Position numbers and translations under genes: made by a program. Below, piece after piece: positions 15,211 through 25,265 of a stretch of 64,000 nt of DNA (positions are counted from its first letter, which is position 1; every line of letters begins with the position of its first letter). Below the pieces are notes generated by a model, which was given only the letters and a program-made list of their open reading frames with translations, was not told the DNA's origin and did no database searches. This stretch comes from a virus (lineage: Duplodnaviria; Caudoviricetes). The stretch spans positions 128,001 through 192,000 of IMG/VR virus record IMGVR_UViG_3300042465_005116, one strand, 5' to 3'.

Positions 15211-15492
15211 TTAATGAGAAAATGGGTTTCCATATATTGAGGTGTAAATACCTACAATACCCACAATTAACCAAAAGAAATTCAATAGGATATATGGTTT
15301 ATTATTACGTTGCCATGCAGCGTAAGTTAAGATAACGGCATCAACTGAATTCCATATCCACATCCAAAGAAAGGGAGTATCTGGGCCCATTATAGACAGA
15401 GTTCCAAATGCTATGATTCGCATGATAACACCAATACCCTCTAATAACTCAATCCGCTTTTCGTTCTTTATTGCTTTCATATTCTTTACCAT
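15211..15492 (-). CDS. small multi-pass membrane protein
   Basis: Three hydrophobic helices. Confidence 0.6.
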   Translation of the reverse strand: MVKNMKAIKNEKRIELLEGIGVIMRIIAFGTLSIMGPDTPFLWMWIWNSVDAVILTYAAWQRNNKPYILLNFFWLIVGIVGIYTSIYGNPFSH

Positions 15493-15746
15493 TTACCGAT
15501 TGGACATTGAGAACCACGCGAAAGGGTTTTTGCTGATATGTTACATCCACATCCATATTTCCGTTCACCTGTTGTTATATGGATTCCCCATTTATTTGGG
15601 TCACACGAATTACCTGTTCTAATTAAACATTTATCACAATGCAATAACCGATTTGATGCTAAGTCTTGAGTATCAGAATCTAATATATCAAATTGTTGTC
15701 TGACGTAATTACCCCAACCCTCTAATATGTGTATGATATTAGCCAT
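15486..15746 (-). CDS. Cys-rich hypothetical protein
   Basis: CDKC...C...CGCNISAKT...CPIGKW. Confidence 0.6.
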   Translation of the reverse strand: MANIIHILEGWGNYVRQQFDILDSDTQDLASNRLLHCDKCLIRTGNSCDPNKWGIHITTGERKYGCGCNISAKTLSRGSQCPIGKW

Positions 15747-16195
15747 TTACTTTTTTATTCTTTTTTTAGTTAAATCTTTTTTTGCTATTCTAGCTAACCA
15801 TACAGCAAATGCACCTGCTATGAATGCACCTCCTGCGTTTACTATTTGATTTATATCCATATAATTTTATTTTATCCAATCATCGTATGCGTATTGATAT
15901 GAATCAACAGCTGAGTGACCCTCTGATAAATATCCTTCCGCGGAAATTTCCACTTCAGCCCTAAGACCCCATGCAGATGCTTCTAATAAAATCATTTCGA
16001 TTTCTTGCAAATCACCAATTGTAAGGTTTTCTTTTTCAGTTTTCATTTATGTTTATTTTTTGTAATCAAATCGTTTATAATCCTTATAGACCAATAAAGC
16101 CATAATTCCCATTATACCAAATAAGGCTATTAATTCAATAGTTGCTAGGGTGTAATCTACCCACGTATATATATGTTCCATAAATATTTATATGT

Positions 16196-16450
16196 TTAAA
16201 TAAAACAATTTGCTTTACACATTGTCAATAAGAAAATGTTATTTTTACAATCGGTATCTGCCCTACTCATAGCAAGGTATAAATTGTTAGCAACTACGGC
16301 CTCAACAAACCCTCCACCTGCGTAAGATGATTTATCACGAGTACACATAATCGATACCATAATATCTAAGATGTGTTCACTTACGTTATCACAATTCCAC
16401 TCTTTAGCGAATTGAATCGCACGTTCTTTACATTGTTCTCTGATGTCCAT
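16196..16450 (-). CDS. hypothetical protein
   Basis: GGGFVEAVVANNLYLAMSRAD, 84 aa. Confidence 0.6.
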   Translation of the reverse strand: MDIREQCKERAIQFAKEWNCDNVSEHILDIMVSIMCTRDKSSYAGGGFVEAVVANNLYLAMSRADTDCKNNIFLLTMCKANCFI

Positions 16451-16474
16451 ATTTTATATTTTAAAGTTTACTAA

Positions 16475-16675
16475 TTAATTATCCCACGATTCTATTCCGC
16501 GTGATGCCAATTCAACAATAGCCTCGGAGTATCTCTCCTCCGAACTAACCCCATGCCAAAAGGTGTAATCCCAATTGACCTTATGAGGGTCGTTGTGACC
16601 ATTCATCTCGGCCATACTGATAAGTAAATCAGTATACTCACTCACACTCATCGCAACAATCTCTTCATTTGTCAT
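16475..16675 (-). CDS. hypothetical protein
   Basis: 66 aa, directly behind the promoter at 16699-16730. Confidence 0.6.
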   Translation of the reverse strand: MTNEEIVAMSVSEYTDLLISMAEMNGHNDPHKVNWDYTFWHGVSSEERYSEAIVELASRGIESWDN

Positions 16676-16767
16676 ATCTCTTATTTCTTATTACATAGCT
16701 AAACTACGAAATAAAGCTCACATTTCCAAATTTTTTATCATTTATTTTTAACTAAATATTTATAGGT

Positions 16768-17094
16768 ATGATAAAGTTAAGAAATATATTAAACGAAGAA
16801 TTAGTACAAGATACTGATTTTTTAAATTTCGCAGGTAACCGGTTGGGTGGGGCTACAAAGATAGCACAAACTGCAAAAGAAAAGGGTGGGGATGCTTTAT
16901 TAACTTACCATCACTTTGCTGTGAAACTACCTTACTATGAAAAGGCTAAAAAGGGTGAATTAGATACTGATACGGTTAAAAAAGAATTCATAGAAACATT
17001 AGGTAAAATATCATTGGATATGGACCAGACTACATTTCAAATTGAAGTGGGTAGATTGGAAGTATTAGGTGAGCTATTTATAAAAAATAAATGA
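16768..17094 (+). CDS. hypothetical protein with MIKLxxILxE N-terminus
   Basis: Plus-strand three-gene operon after TATTTATA. Confidence 0.75.
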   Translation: MIKLRNILNEELVQDTDFLNFAGNRLGGATKIAQTAKEKGGDALLTYHHFAVKLPYYEKAKKGELDTDTVKKEFIETLGKISLDMDQTTFQIEVGRLEVLGELFIKNK

Positions 17095-17522
17095 TTAAGT
17101 TAAACGATATATTAAAAGAAGTAGGCAGAACTATAAATACAAAAACTGCCCCATTAAAAGATTATCCAAAGGATGTACAAAATCAGTACAACGATTTGTT
17201 AAAAAATTATGGTAAAGCTTTTGCAGATAGATATTTGGAACGATATGATGAAGATAATGAACCATCAGACACTGGATTAAAAAAACAAATATACGATAAA
17301 TTAATAATTGCTAAACAAGATACTACCAAAGAAATTAAGCAGAAAAATTACGGGTCTGATAAGTATCCTATTATATTGATTAAACATTTTGGTATTCAAT
17401 TACGCAAATTAGGAAAAATTACAGATGCTCAACTCTCTCAATTGATAAATAAAGAAAGTTTAAAAACAATTTGGAATGAGACTGATTTTGTATTTAAGAT
17501 ATTAAATAAACAAAATAAATGA
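17091..17522 (+). CDS. hypothetical protein with MIKLxxILxE N-terminus
   Basis: ATGA overlap with the previous gene. Confidence 0.75.
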   Translation: MIKLNDILKEVGRTINTKTAPLKDYPKDVQNQYNDLLKNYGKAFADRYLERYDEDNEPSDTGLKKQIYDKLIIAKQDTTKEIKQKNYGSDKYPIILIKHFGIQLRKLGKITDAQLSQLINKESLKTIWNETDFVFKILNKQNK

Positions 17523-18067
17523 TTAAGTTACTAGAAATATTACAAGAATTTGAAATACCATCCGGTGAGTGGATTAACTACGATTTACATAAGGTAGATA
17601 AAGATGGTATGGATATTATTTGGGATATGTATAAATCATCGTACCTTAAACAAGGAATGGATTTATCTGCTAACTCAGCAGGGGAGATGCAATCAAAATA
17701 TAAGGCAGTTCGTTTAAAGGATATTGATAACGATAATGTACCCGATGAGTTTATTATATATAAGGTAACTAAGTTTGGTAATAAGATTGCACTACTTGCA
17801 ACTAATGGCAAACCAGAAGCAAAAAGAGATTTAGTTAAACAAACTATTAAGTTAACTAAAACTGCCGGATGGTTTATTGAGGCTAGTTTAAAGATGGAGG
17901 AAATTCTATCTTCAGCTGGTGCACCATTTGTTACTGATGAGAATAAAATAATTGATATCATAGGTAAGGATAAAGAACCACAGTTTATTGGTAATGGATA
18001 TTATACTCGCTCACTATCTAAGGTGAGTAAAAGAATTACAAAAAGAATATACGGCAAACCTCGCTAA
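17519..18067 (+). CDS. hypothetical protein with MIKLxxILxE N-terminus
   Basis: ATGA overlap; followed by a hairpin. Confidence 0.75.
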   Translation: MIKLLEILQEFEIPSGEWINYDLHKVDKDGMDIIWDMYKSSYLKQGMDLSANSAGEMQSKYKAVRLKDIDNDNVPDEFIIYKVTKFGNKIALLATNGKPEAKRDLVKQTIKLTKTAGWFIEASLKMEEILSSAGAPFVTDENKIIDIIGKDKEPQFIGNGYYTRSLSKVSKRITKRIYGKPR

Positions 18068-18071
18068 ATAC

Positions 18072-18095
18072 AAAAAACCCCAATTGGGGTTCTTT
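18072..18095. terminator. terminator between convergent genes
   Basis: AACCCC-AATT-GGGGTT flanked by A/T runs. Confidence 0.55.
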
Positions 18096-18114
18096 GGCAC
18101 GGCATGCAAGATTT

Positions 18115-18363
18115 TTAAATAGCTCCTTCGGTATGAGCCTTATTATCATCCCAATCATCCCAACCATCACGGCCAGTTAGATTATTGATGACAGATTCAT
18201 TAAGTGATTTGTTAACCGGTCTTGTGTAACGATTCTCTCTATCGTGTAACCAAGTCTCTAATTCAAAATCGATATCACATAATGTGATATCATTTCTTTT
18301 TTTGGAAAACAAACCAGATTTACCTTTGGATGCTAAACTTGTCTTTAGAAGTTTGAACAACAT
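18115..18363 (-). CDS. hypothetical protein
   Basis: 82-aa ORF. Confidence 0.45.
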   Translation of the reverse strand: MLFKLLKTSLASKGKSGLFSKKRNDITLCDIDFELETWLHDRENRYTRPVNKSLNESVINNLTGRDGWDDWDDNKAHTEGAI

Positions 18364-18417
18364 GGTAGGTGGAATTGGGTTTAGGTAAAAGTATATATTC
18401 GTATATAAATATAAATA

Positions 18418-18762
18418 TTATTTCCAAAAAAGCTGTATTGATAATATACTAAGTGCTAACATTAAACAAACCAAAGTTTTTAATGAAACTGGCTCTTTAA
18501 ATAGTATGACACTAAGTGCTATAAATACCACTATACCAATCCCAAACCCAATCAATCTACTCGGCCATAATTGACCATTAAATAACAATACTAATGCTTC
18601 TACCGATTTTAAATAAAACCACGATGCCGGAATTGATGCTAATAGGGTTAGCATTGGGTAATCTTTATACCATCCATATTTTACACTCCCTTGCAATTGC
18701 ATGAAAGATAATATCTGTCCCATAATTCCATATAGGATTCCGTAGAATAGATTAGGATTCAT
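18418..18762 (-). CDS. four-helix membrane protein (SMR/EamA-like)
   Basis: Four hydrophobic segments, ILFKEPVSLKTLVCLML. Confidence 0.6.
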   Translation of the reverse strand: MNPNLFYGILYGIMGQILSFMQLQGSVKYGWYKDYPMLTLLASIPASWFYLKSVEALVLLFNGQLWPSRLIGFGIGIVVFIALSVILFKEPVSLKTLVCLMLALSILSIQLFWK

Positions 18763-19061
18763 TATTCCGTTTCGTGATTTAAATAATCATCAAACTCTTT
18801 TGCAGCTGATGGGTTTACTTCATATAGATGTTCTAACGCTAGTTCATATCTACCATTAGTAGATTGTAAATTAAATAATTCACTATTCAATGAATCAATG
18901 ATATTTGCTTTTTGTATATCACCACCTTGTATAAATTGTTGATTCTTCAATTCCTTAATCTGAGAGCGTTGTTGTGCTGTTAATAATAGTAATATACACG
19001 CTCCACCGATTGTAAAATACTTTTGATTGTTTTTAATAAAGTTAATCATTTTCATTTTCAT
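18762..19061 (-). CDS. membrane-anchored coiled-coil protein
   Basis: N-terminal TM plus coiled coil. Confidence 0.55.
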   Translation of the reverse strand: MKMKMINFIKNNQKYFTIGGACILLLLTAQQRSQIKELKNQQFIQGGDIQKANIIDSLNSELFNLQSTNGRYELALEHLYEVNPSAAKEFDDYLNHETE

Positions 19062-19215
19062 TTTCTTTTTTTATTTCGTTATCAAATATTCCAAATAAAT
19101 CATCACCAGTATAATCCGGATGATTCTCTTTCATGTAATCTATACCAACTACCCATCTCCAACAGATAAATCCAATTACCAATATCATTAGGCCAAAAAT
19201 CGGTATATATTCCAT
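19042..19215 (-). CDS. small membrane protein
   Basis: Likely start MEYIPIFG. Confidence 0.5.
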   Translation of the reverse strand: MEYIPIFGLMILVIGFICWRWVVGIDYMKENHPDYTGDDLFGIFDNEIKKENENEND

Positions 19216-19216
19216 A

Positions 19217-19741
19217 TTATATTTTTTTATTATTATAAATAACAAGTGGTGTAGTAATTAATCTACCATACCCACGAATCATTTGTTTATATCGTGGTTC
19301 TTCTATACTACTAATCTTTACACCTTCGTATTTATTTGCTGCGTGTATAAAATAACTATTACCAATATATGTACCAGTATGCCAACCAGATGGTGATGCT
19401 TTACTTCTGAAAAATACTAAATCACCTACCATCAAACTATCTTTTTTTAAACGTTGAGTTTGCTCCCATTGTTTATATGCTACTTCACCTAATACTTTAT
19501 TATAAACATCTTTATATAAACGTTTATTGAATTGTGAACAATCAATTCCTCGTTCACTATTCCCTCCCAATTTATATGGTTTACCTATCCAATATAACAT
19601 GAACTTATTTAGTATGGAATCAGGTGTTAGGATTTCATCACTTATTGCCGGTAATTTAAATTCAGTATATTTGTTTTTTACTTGTGACATTGAAGTCATA
19701 CCCAGTATGACTAAAATAGTTGTAATTATAATTTGTTTCAT
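19217..19741 (-). CDS. NlpC/P60 (C40) peptidoglycan peptidase with signal peptide
   Basis: GKPYKLGG...GIDCSQF, GDLVFF, HTGTYIG, FIHA. Confidence 0.9.
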   Translation of the reverse strand: MKQIIITTILVILGMTSMSQVKNKYTEFKLPAISDEILTPDSILNKFMLYWIGKPYKLGGNSERGIDCSQFNKRLYKDVYNKVLGEVAYKQWEQTQRLKKDSLMVGDLVFFRSKASPSGWHTGTYIGNSYFIHAANKYEGVKISSIEEPRYKQMIRGYGRLITTPLVIYNNKKI

Positions 19742-19745
19742 TTTA

Positions 19746-20390
19746 TCAATCCCACCATGTTCTCATATCTGAACCATCTGACCATTTCCATTGTGCTTCA
19801 AATTTTCCTTCAGTATTTAATTTAGTATAATCTTCAGTTTTAATATAATCTTTCCAATGTTCATCCGTCTGAAGTCCACTAATGATTGCCCACATTTCTA
19901 CCCATTCTTGTTTCTCTACTTTACGAGCATGGGCAAAAACTTTTTTCATATGTTTTTTTTCTGCTGGGGTATCGGTATCTACCAATCGATGTAAATCAGT
20001 TCCTTCTATATCCTCCCATTCAAGTCTTTTCCACGGGATTTCACCTAATATCTTTTCTGCCCTCTCTACATAATCATCATCTAATTTAGATTTAAGTAAT
20101 TCTAATACCCTACGAATCTTCTCTACTTTTTTATTTCTACTTTCAGGTACTTCCATACCATCTTTAGACAATCCCTTTTCTAAAATAGTTAGGGAACGAT
20201 ATAATATTTCTAAGGTATATCGATAATCCCACCATTGGTGTGAATATAATTCTTTACGGAAACGCCATATATTCTTAAAGAACAATGGAATATCAATAGT
20301 AATAGTTTCCCATACTTTCCAAAGTTTAGTATCATACCAAACCATTTTTTCTACACTCTCAAAGAATGAGTCTTTAAATTCTACTTTCAT
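19746..20390 (-). CDS. hypothetical protein
   Basis: 214-aa ORF ending MRTWWD. Confidence 0.65.
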   Translation of the reverse strand: MKVEFKDSFFESVEKMVWYDTKLWKVWETITIDIPLFFKNIWRFRKELYSHQWWDYRYTLEILYRSLTILEKGLSKDGMEVPESRNKKVEKIRRVLELLKSKLDDDYVERAEKILGEIPWKRLEWEDIEGTDLHRLVDTDTPAEKKHMKKVFAHARKVEKQEWVEMWAIISGLQTDEHWKDYIKTEDYTKLNTEGKFEAQWKWSDGSDMRTWWD

Positions 20391-20662
20391 AATATTAATA
20401 GGTGGTTATCTTCCATACCCCATAGATTCGGCGTATTTTGCTAATTGGATGCGTTCAATTAAATTCCGTTTTTCCGGTGTATCTGCAAACCACATACTTG
20501 AAACTCTATATTTCTTAGCCCAATGATTAAATTCTAACTTAGATACGTTAATTGTTGATTGTGTTTTTGCGTGTGTTTTCATTTTTTATCTTATTGTTTA
20601 TACTCAAATATACGAATAAAAATCGGTATTTCCAAATTTAAAATTAACTGATTGATTATCAA

Positions 20663-21049
20663 TTACTTAACGAATCCATGAGGAGTAGGTTTACCATCCT
20701 TATCCACTACTACGAATACTATCTTGTCTACCTTAACAATTGTTTGTTGTGTGTTCTTATTACGAACCTCACATGCAAAGGTGATTGAGGTTGTACCAAA
20801 TCCGATTAACCCACACCCGATTTCGATTATATCACCCTGTTTGGCAGTATTAACAAAATCAATTTCTGATATAATCTTTGTTACTATACTATTGGTATGT
20901 GGTGTATTTGCCGAGGTTGTTAATTGACATATAGCAAAGATTGCTGCCTCCTCATCTATCCACTTCAATAATTGTCCACCAAATAAAGTACCTCTTGCGT
21001 TTAGGTCTACCGGTTTAATTAATTTTCTAGTTTTATATTTTATTTCCAT
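20663..21049 (-). CDS. hotdog-fold acyl-CoA thioesterase
   Basis: PVDLNARGTLFGGQLLKWIDEEA, IVFVVVDKDGKPTP. Confidence 0.85.
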   Translation of the reverse strand: MEIKYKTRKLIKPVDLNARGTLFGGQLLKWIDEEAAIFAICQLTTSANTPHTNSIVTKIISEIDFVNTAKQGDIIEIGCGLIGFGTTSITFACEVRNKNTQQTIVKVDKIVFVVVDKDGKPTPHGFVK

Positions 21050-21050
21050 A

Positions 21051-21665
21051 TTATTCAGAACCACCTAATTCAAATTCGGCTTCGTTTTGTTTTACACTTT
21101 TTGGTTTTCTTTTTTTAGAAATGACTGGGGTGTGTTCCCTTACATAATCAGTTTGTGTTTTTGGTTTAGTACCAATTGAACCCATAATCTCATTAGAGAT
21201 AGTTTCAGTATTAATTCGGATATCCTCTCTTGCAATATCTGCCATCTTTTGTTTACCCTCATTGGATACTCTACTTAATGGAATTTGTGCTAGTGGGTCA
21301 TTATCGTTGCCAAAGTTTGTATTGATTGTAGTTATCTTTGTGGTCTTCACTGGTATTGATTGGTCTGGTTCAGGAAACCCATCCTTACTCCACTTATCTG
21401 CCAACTCTTTTAATAAATCAGTATTAGTAGTATCTGCAGATTTTGGTATTCCAATTCCTGCTAATTTTTTAAATGCATCCTTATCAACAAACACATCTTC
21501 GTTTTTTGTTGGTGTTTGTTTTTTAAACAAATCACTAAATTTCTTTTGTGGTCGTAGAGTTGTCCAACTACCATCTTCATTTTCTCTCATAAGAGGTGCG
21601 GCCCAACCTGAGTATCCCATCCATAATACAAATACGATACCTGCGATAATACATAATGTTATCAT
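21051..21665 (-). CDS. membrane-anchored hypothetical protein
   Basis: N-terminal TM helix. Confidence 0.6.
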   Translation of the reverse strand: MITLCIIAGIVFVLWMGYSGWAAPLMRENEDGSWTTLRPQKKFSDLFKKQTPTKNEDVFVDKDAFKKLAGIGIPKSADTTNTDLLKELADKWSKDGFPEPDQSIPVKTTKITTINTNFGNDNDPLAQIPLSRVSNEGKQKMADIAREDIRINTETISNEIMGSIGTKPKTQTDYVREHTPVISKKRKPKSVKQNEAEFELGGSE

Positions 21666-21678
21666 AACTTTCTTTTTT

Positions 21679-22101
21679 TTAAATTATATGTTCAATTTTA
21701 ACTCTGATACAAGTTTGTGGTAATCTACAATTTTTTAAATAGTTGTTTACATACCCCATAATATTTGCAGAACCAATTGGATTGGCTGAATGGGTGTATA
21801 TTTGTGGTAATGGTATTTTACTATTCATACTTTCAGCCACCAACCATTTAGCACAATCTAATCCAGTTTTTTCCAATATGTTATTGTAATCCAATTGGTA
21901 ATTAGGTGATACATTATTAAAATATTCCTTTTGTGCTGTATCTCCTAAATCGTGGTCTAAACTGATTACTTCATATTTATCTAATCCATTTAATCTGATG
22001 TGTGATACTAACTCATCATAATTTCTTACTACATGCCAATCATCACTATTTGGTGTTCTTATATCATCCAAATATAATTGTATTTTATTAGTTATCATCA
22101 T
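21679..22101 (-). CDS. cyclic-phosphate-processing receiver domain protein
   Basis: LYLDDIRTP, ISLDHDLG, TGLDCAKWL, HSANPIG. Confidence 0.75.
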   Translation of the reverse strand: MMITNKIQLYLDDIRTPNSDDWHVVRNYDELVSHIRLNGLDKYEVISLDHDLGDTAQKEYFNNVSPNYQLDYNNILEKTGLDCAKWLVAESMNSKIPLPQIYTHSANPIGSANIMGYVNNYLKNCRLPQTCIRVKIEHII

Positions 22102-22858
22102 CTATAAAATCTATTTCTCTTGTTGTAAAATTGTAATCAAATGTTATTGGATTGTTAATGGGGTCATATGTTAAATCACAAGTAGACCCATTAAACGTAT
22201 ACCCCCAATTGGTTTCTTTATATCCATACCCCTCGTGGATATGACCTGCAAAATGTAGATATGGATTTATTTCATTTAATCTATGATATAATTGTTCACA
22301 CCCTACGTTTTCGTTAGTTCTATATGTTCTATCACAATACCCGTGAATCGGACTATGAGTAATAACAATATCAGTATCATTTGGTATCCCATTCCATACT
22401 TTATTTATCTCATGCCCTCTATCTATATTAAACCCCCAACCATAACCAAATGTAGGACTGGTCGGTGAACCCCATATTTTAATATTATCCAATTCCACAA
22501 AACTATTCTCTAAATAAAATACATTTGGATTTAATCCAGATATAAGTAAATTATCTAACCAATCGGGTTTACCTTCTGCACATTCGGTATCATATTCAGT
22601 TCTACCTTCAAAGTGTGCCAATTTATTCCTCAATAGAATTTCTCTATCAAATGTCATATCGTGATTACCGGCAATAAAGATTTTATTAGTATAGTTGTCT
22701 ATACCATTAAACCATTTAACAAATCTTACAACCTCATCCTTTCTACCTAATGACGTAATATCGCCACTATGAATAAGCAAATCGCCACCTGGTAACTTAC
22801 CATTCAGTTGTTTGTGTTTGTTGTGTGTGTCACTAATGTGTGTTATTCTCATCTTCAT
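22088..22858 (-). CDS. metallophosphoesterase (MPPED-like)
   Basis: ISDTHNKH, HSGD, AGNHD, ITHSP, FAGHIHEGYG. Confidence 0.85.
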   Translation of the reverse strand: MKMRITHISDTHNKHKQLNGKLPGGDLLIHSGDITSLGRKDEVVRFVKWFNGIDNYTNKIFIAGNHDMTFDREILLRNKLAHFEGRTEYDTECAEGKPDWLDNLLISGLNPNVFYLENSFVELDNIKIWGSPTSPTFGYGWGFNIDRGHEINKVWNGIPNDTDIVITHSPIHGYCDRTYRTNENVGCEQLYHRLNEINPYLHFAGHIHEGYGYKETNWGYTFNGSTCDLTYDPINNPITFDYNFTTREIDFIDDDN

Positions 22859-23111
22859 AACTATCTTCTTTATTTCCTACTAATTGATACGCATCCCATA
22901 ATTGTCCTACTGCATATTCTATTTGAAACTTTATATCTTTATCTGATTGTGTTAATGGGTGGTCTATACAATGGTCATTAAGTGTACACATTACAATATG
23001 TAATCTATCCATTAATTCAAGGTAATGACCTTTATTTATCGAATTCTTTTTTTGTTTCTTTGATGACATCTGATACTGATTTAGTTGGGTTAGCCTGTGC
23101 GTTTCTAGCAA
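22833..23111 (-). CDS. hypothetical protein
   Basis: ORF; true start probably downstream (MSSKKQ). Confidence 0.55.
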   Translation of the reverse strand: MLETHRLTQLNQYQMSSKKQKKNSINKGHYLELMDRLHIVMCTLNDHCIDHPLTQSDKDIKFQIEYAVGQLWDAYQLVGNKEDSYEDENNTH

Positions 23112-23203
23112 CTCTAATAATGAATTCTGCCAATAGATGTTTCTTATCTATTTTTTTAATTAGGTCGATAAGGGTTTCTAAATCTTCGTAAAACTTTCCC
23201 ATA

Positions 23204-23614
23204 TTATTTTATTATAAATCTCTTATATTGTTTCTCAGCCCGTTTAGATGCTAATTCATATGGATGTGTTTTATAAGTATGACCCATCTTATAATATCGT
23301 GTCATCCATTTAGGTGATTGTAGATAATGTTGATATTCATGTAATAAAGTTTTTATAAAATCTATTTTTGAATCTATATTATCAACAACTAATACAATAA
23401 TATTGAGTTCGGGGTCGAACCACCCCTCCATATTTTTAATATCCTTTTTCTTCAATGGTCCGTCTGCAAACTCTTGTTTAATTATATTCTTTGATTTAAT
23501 AAATTGAAGTTTAGGAGTACGGGTATAGTGGCTACTTTTACCATATCGTTTTTTAATTAACTCAAAACTGCTCTTTACCTCTTTTATTAATTTTTTAGTT
23601 TTACCCATATTCAT
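23204..23614 (-). CDS. zincin-like metallopeptidase domain protein
   Basis: TLLHEYQHYLQ...HPYELAS. Confidence 0.65.
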   Translation of the reverse strand: MNMGKTKKLIKEVKSSFELIKKRYGKSSHYTRTPKLQFIKSKNIIKQEFADGPLKKKDIKNMEGWFDPELNIIVLVVDNIDSKIDFIKTLLHEYQHYLQSPKWMTRYYKMGHTYKTHPYELASKRAEKQYKRFIIK

Positions 23615-23662
23615 TTACTTTATAAGTAAAGATACGAAATAACTTTGGTAATACCAAATTTA

Positions 23663-23887
23663 TTATAGTATATTATTTTTTTTAGTTATATGTTTAACAA
23701 ACCACCATAAATGTATCAACATTATTAAACAATTTACTAATATGATTGGGGTGTCCAATTGTATGATTCCGTATGTTATCCATAGTATGCAACCAAATGT
23801 ATTCACAACCCGTAATCTGAACATATCCGTAATCAGAAACGAAGCCATTGTTACTAATGTTGCAAGGTATCCTAATATACTTACCAT
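23663..23887 (-). CDS. YgjV-like small inner-membrane protein
   Basis: LRVVNTFGCILWITYG, three TM segments. Confidence 0.65.
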   Translation of the reverse strand: MVSILGYLATLVTMASFLITDMFRLRVVNTFGCILWITYGIIQLDTPIILVNCLIMLIHLWWFVKHITKKNNIL

Positions 23888-24129
23888 GTTATAAGTTCTT
23901 CATTTTTAACTTCTTTATAATATTCGACCCTTAACTCATTTAATACATCCTGTTGTGATGAATTATATTTGCCGTAGGTAAGGACATACTTTAAAATATC
24001 ACTTGAATCGGTAATATTTATTTTTGGACTGGTAGTTGTTTGTAACCACCCCAAAAGTGTCATTACTCCTTTTGTTTGTTCTGCTGTTAATTTAAACAAT
24101 TTTTCTTTCATACTATTATTATTTAACAC
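23881..24129 (-). CDS. hypothetical protein
   Basis: 82-aa ORF. Confidence 0.5.
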   Translation of the reverse strand: MLNNNSMKEKLFKLTAEQTKGVMTLLGWLQTTTSPKINITDSSDILKYVLTYGKYNSSQQDVLNELRVEYYKEVKNEELITW

Positions 24130-24790
24130 AAAAATTTATTAAGCAATATCTATTAAAACCTATAACTCGATTTACCATATGTTCGGGATTATGTTTAGTA
24201 AAATCTAAAATGACAACATTGCCATATATCGGTAGAACTACTACTTTATTATCAATACCAAGTCCACCACCCTTACCCTCACTCCAATCATTAGAAAGAT
24301 ATATTAATAGTGCACATGTACGATTAGTAGTTGTATCATTAGCATCTGCATGATTGCGTAAAAAACAACCATCATCATATAATGTGATAGTACTACCACA
24401 ATTTCTATCTTGCGTTTTATTATAAAATAAAGAATATACATCAGATACAAAATCTAAGGTATGGTGATTATCTACATTCTTATAGTACCATATTTGGTCT
24501 AATCCATAATCATCACTATTTAAATATCTATTAAGTATATCATCCTTAATTGTTTTTAGTTCTTCAAAGGACTTATCGGTGATATCATTTGGATATAACG
24601 GGTCTGGCTTATTTTTAGAATTAATTATACTTGCTTTTAAATTTGTAAAGTCCGAAGGTCTTAACGTTCCAATCGGAATAAGACTTTCTAATTTACTATA
24701 TAAATCTAAACTTATATCTTTTAAATTAAATGAAACATAACCAGTTTCAAATAACTCCTCTTTTAACTCAATTAATTTTTTGCCATTCAT
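24119..24790 (-). CDS. 2OG-Fe(II) oxygenase (prolyl-hydroxylase-like)
   Basis: LRNHAD, LIYLSNDW..GGGL, HMV...R. Confidence 0.8.
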   Translation of the reverse strand: MNGKKLIELKEELFETGYVSFNLKDISLDLYSKLESLIPIGTLRPSDFTNLKASIINSKNKPDPLYPNDITDKSFEELKTIKDDILNRYLNSDDYGLDQIWYYKNVDNHHTLDFVSDVYSLFYNKTQDRNCGSTITLYDDGCFLRNHADANDTTTNRTCALLIYLSNDWSEGKGGGLGIDNKVVVLPIYGNVVILDFTKHNPEHMVNRVIGFNRYCLINFCVK

Positions 24791-25265
24791 TACTTATAAA
24801 TTTCCAATGTTGTATATGTTTAATTCCTACTTCAAATGGTATACTGATAAAGGATGCTTGAATATCGGTATAACCTTTTTTCTTTAATCCCTCCCACACC
24901 ACTCTATTGTTCTTGTAGTGTTCTATTATTCGATATGGATACCACAATAACTCAGTTGTAGAGTTATCACTAAATTGAATATAATCTACTTTCCAATCTC
25001 CGTAATCACCTGTATCATTCCAATAACGTATCTTACGTGCAGGTAATCTGAATATACCCTCTGATTTAAATTGTTCGTAGTGATTGTATTTATTCATCTC
25101 AACATCACATCCTCTTTTATATTGTGGAGCAATTAAATCTAAATCCCAATATCCACCATACTCAATACCATACCAACCCCTATCTTCTAAAAACGCCTTA
25201 GCAACAATTCTATCGTAAGTATCATCGTGATTTAAGGCAGTTGGTTTGGTTACTACATTATTCAT
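24768..25265 (-). CDS. hypothetical protein, possible PD-(D/E)xK fold
   Basis: DLDL...DVEMNK pattern; weak. Confidence 0.5.
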   Translation of the reverse strand: MNNVVTKPTALNHDDTYDRIVAKAFLEDRGWYGIEYGGYWDLDLIAPQYKRGCDVEMNKYNHYEQFKSEGIFRLPARKIRYWNDTGDYGDWKVDYIQFSDNSTTELLWYPYRIIEHYKNNRVVWEGLKKKGYTDIQASFISIPFEVGIKHIQHWKFISNEWQKIN

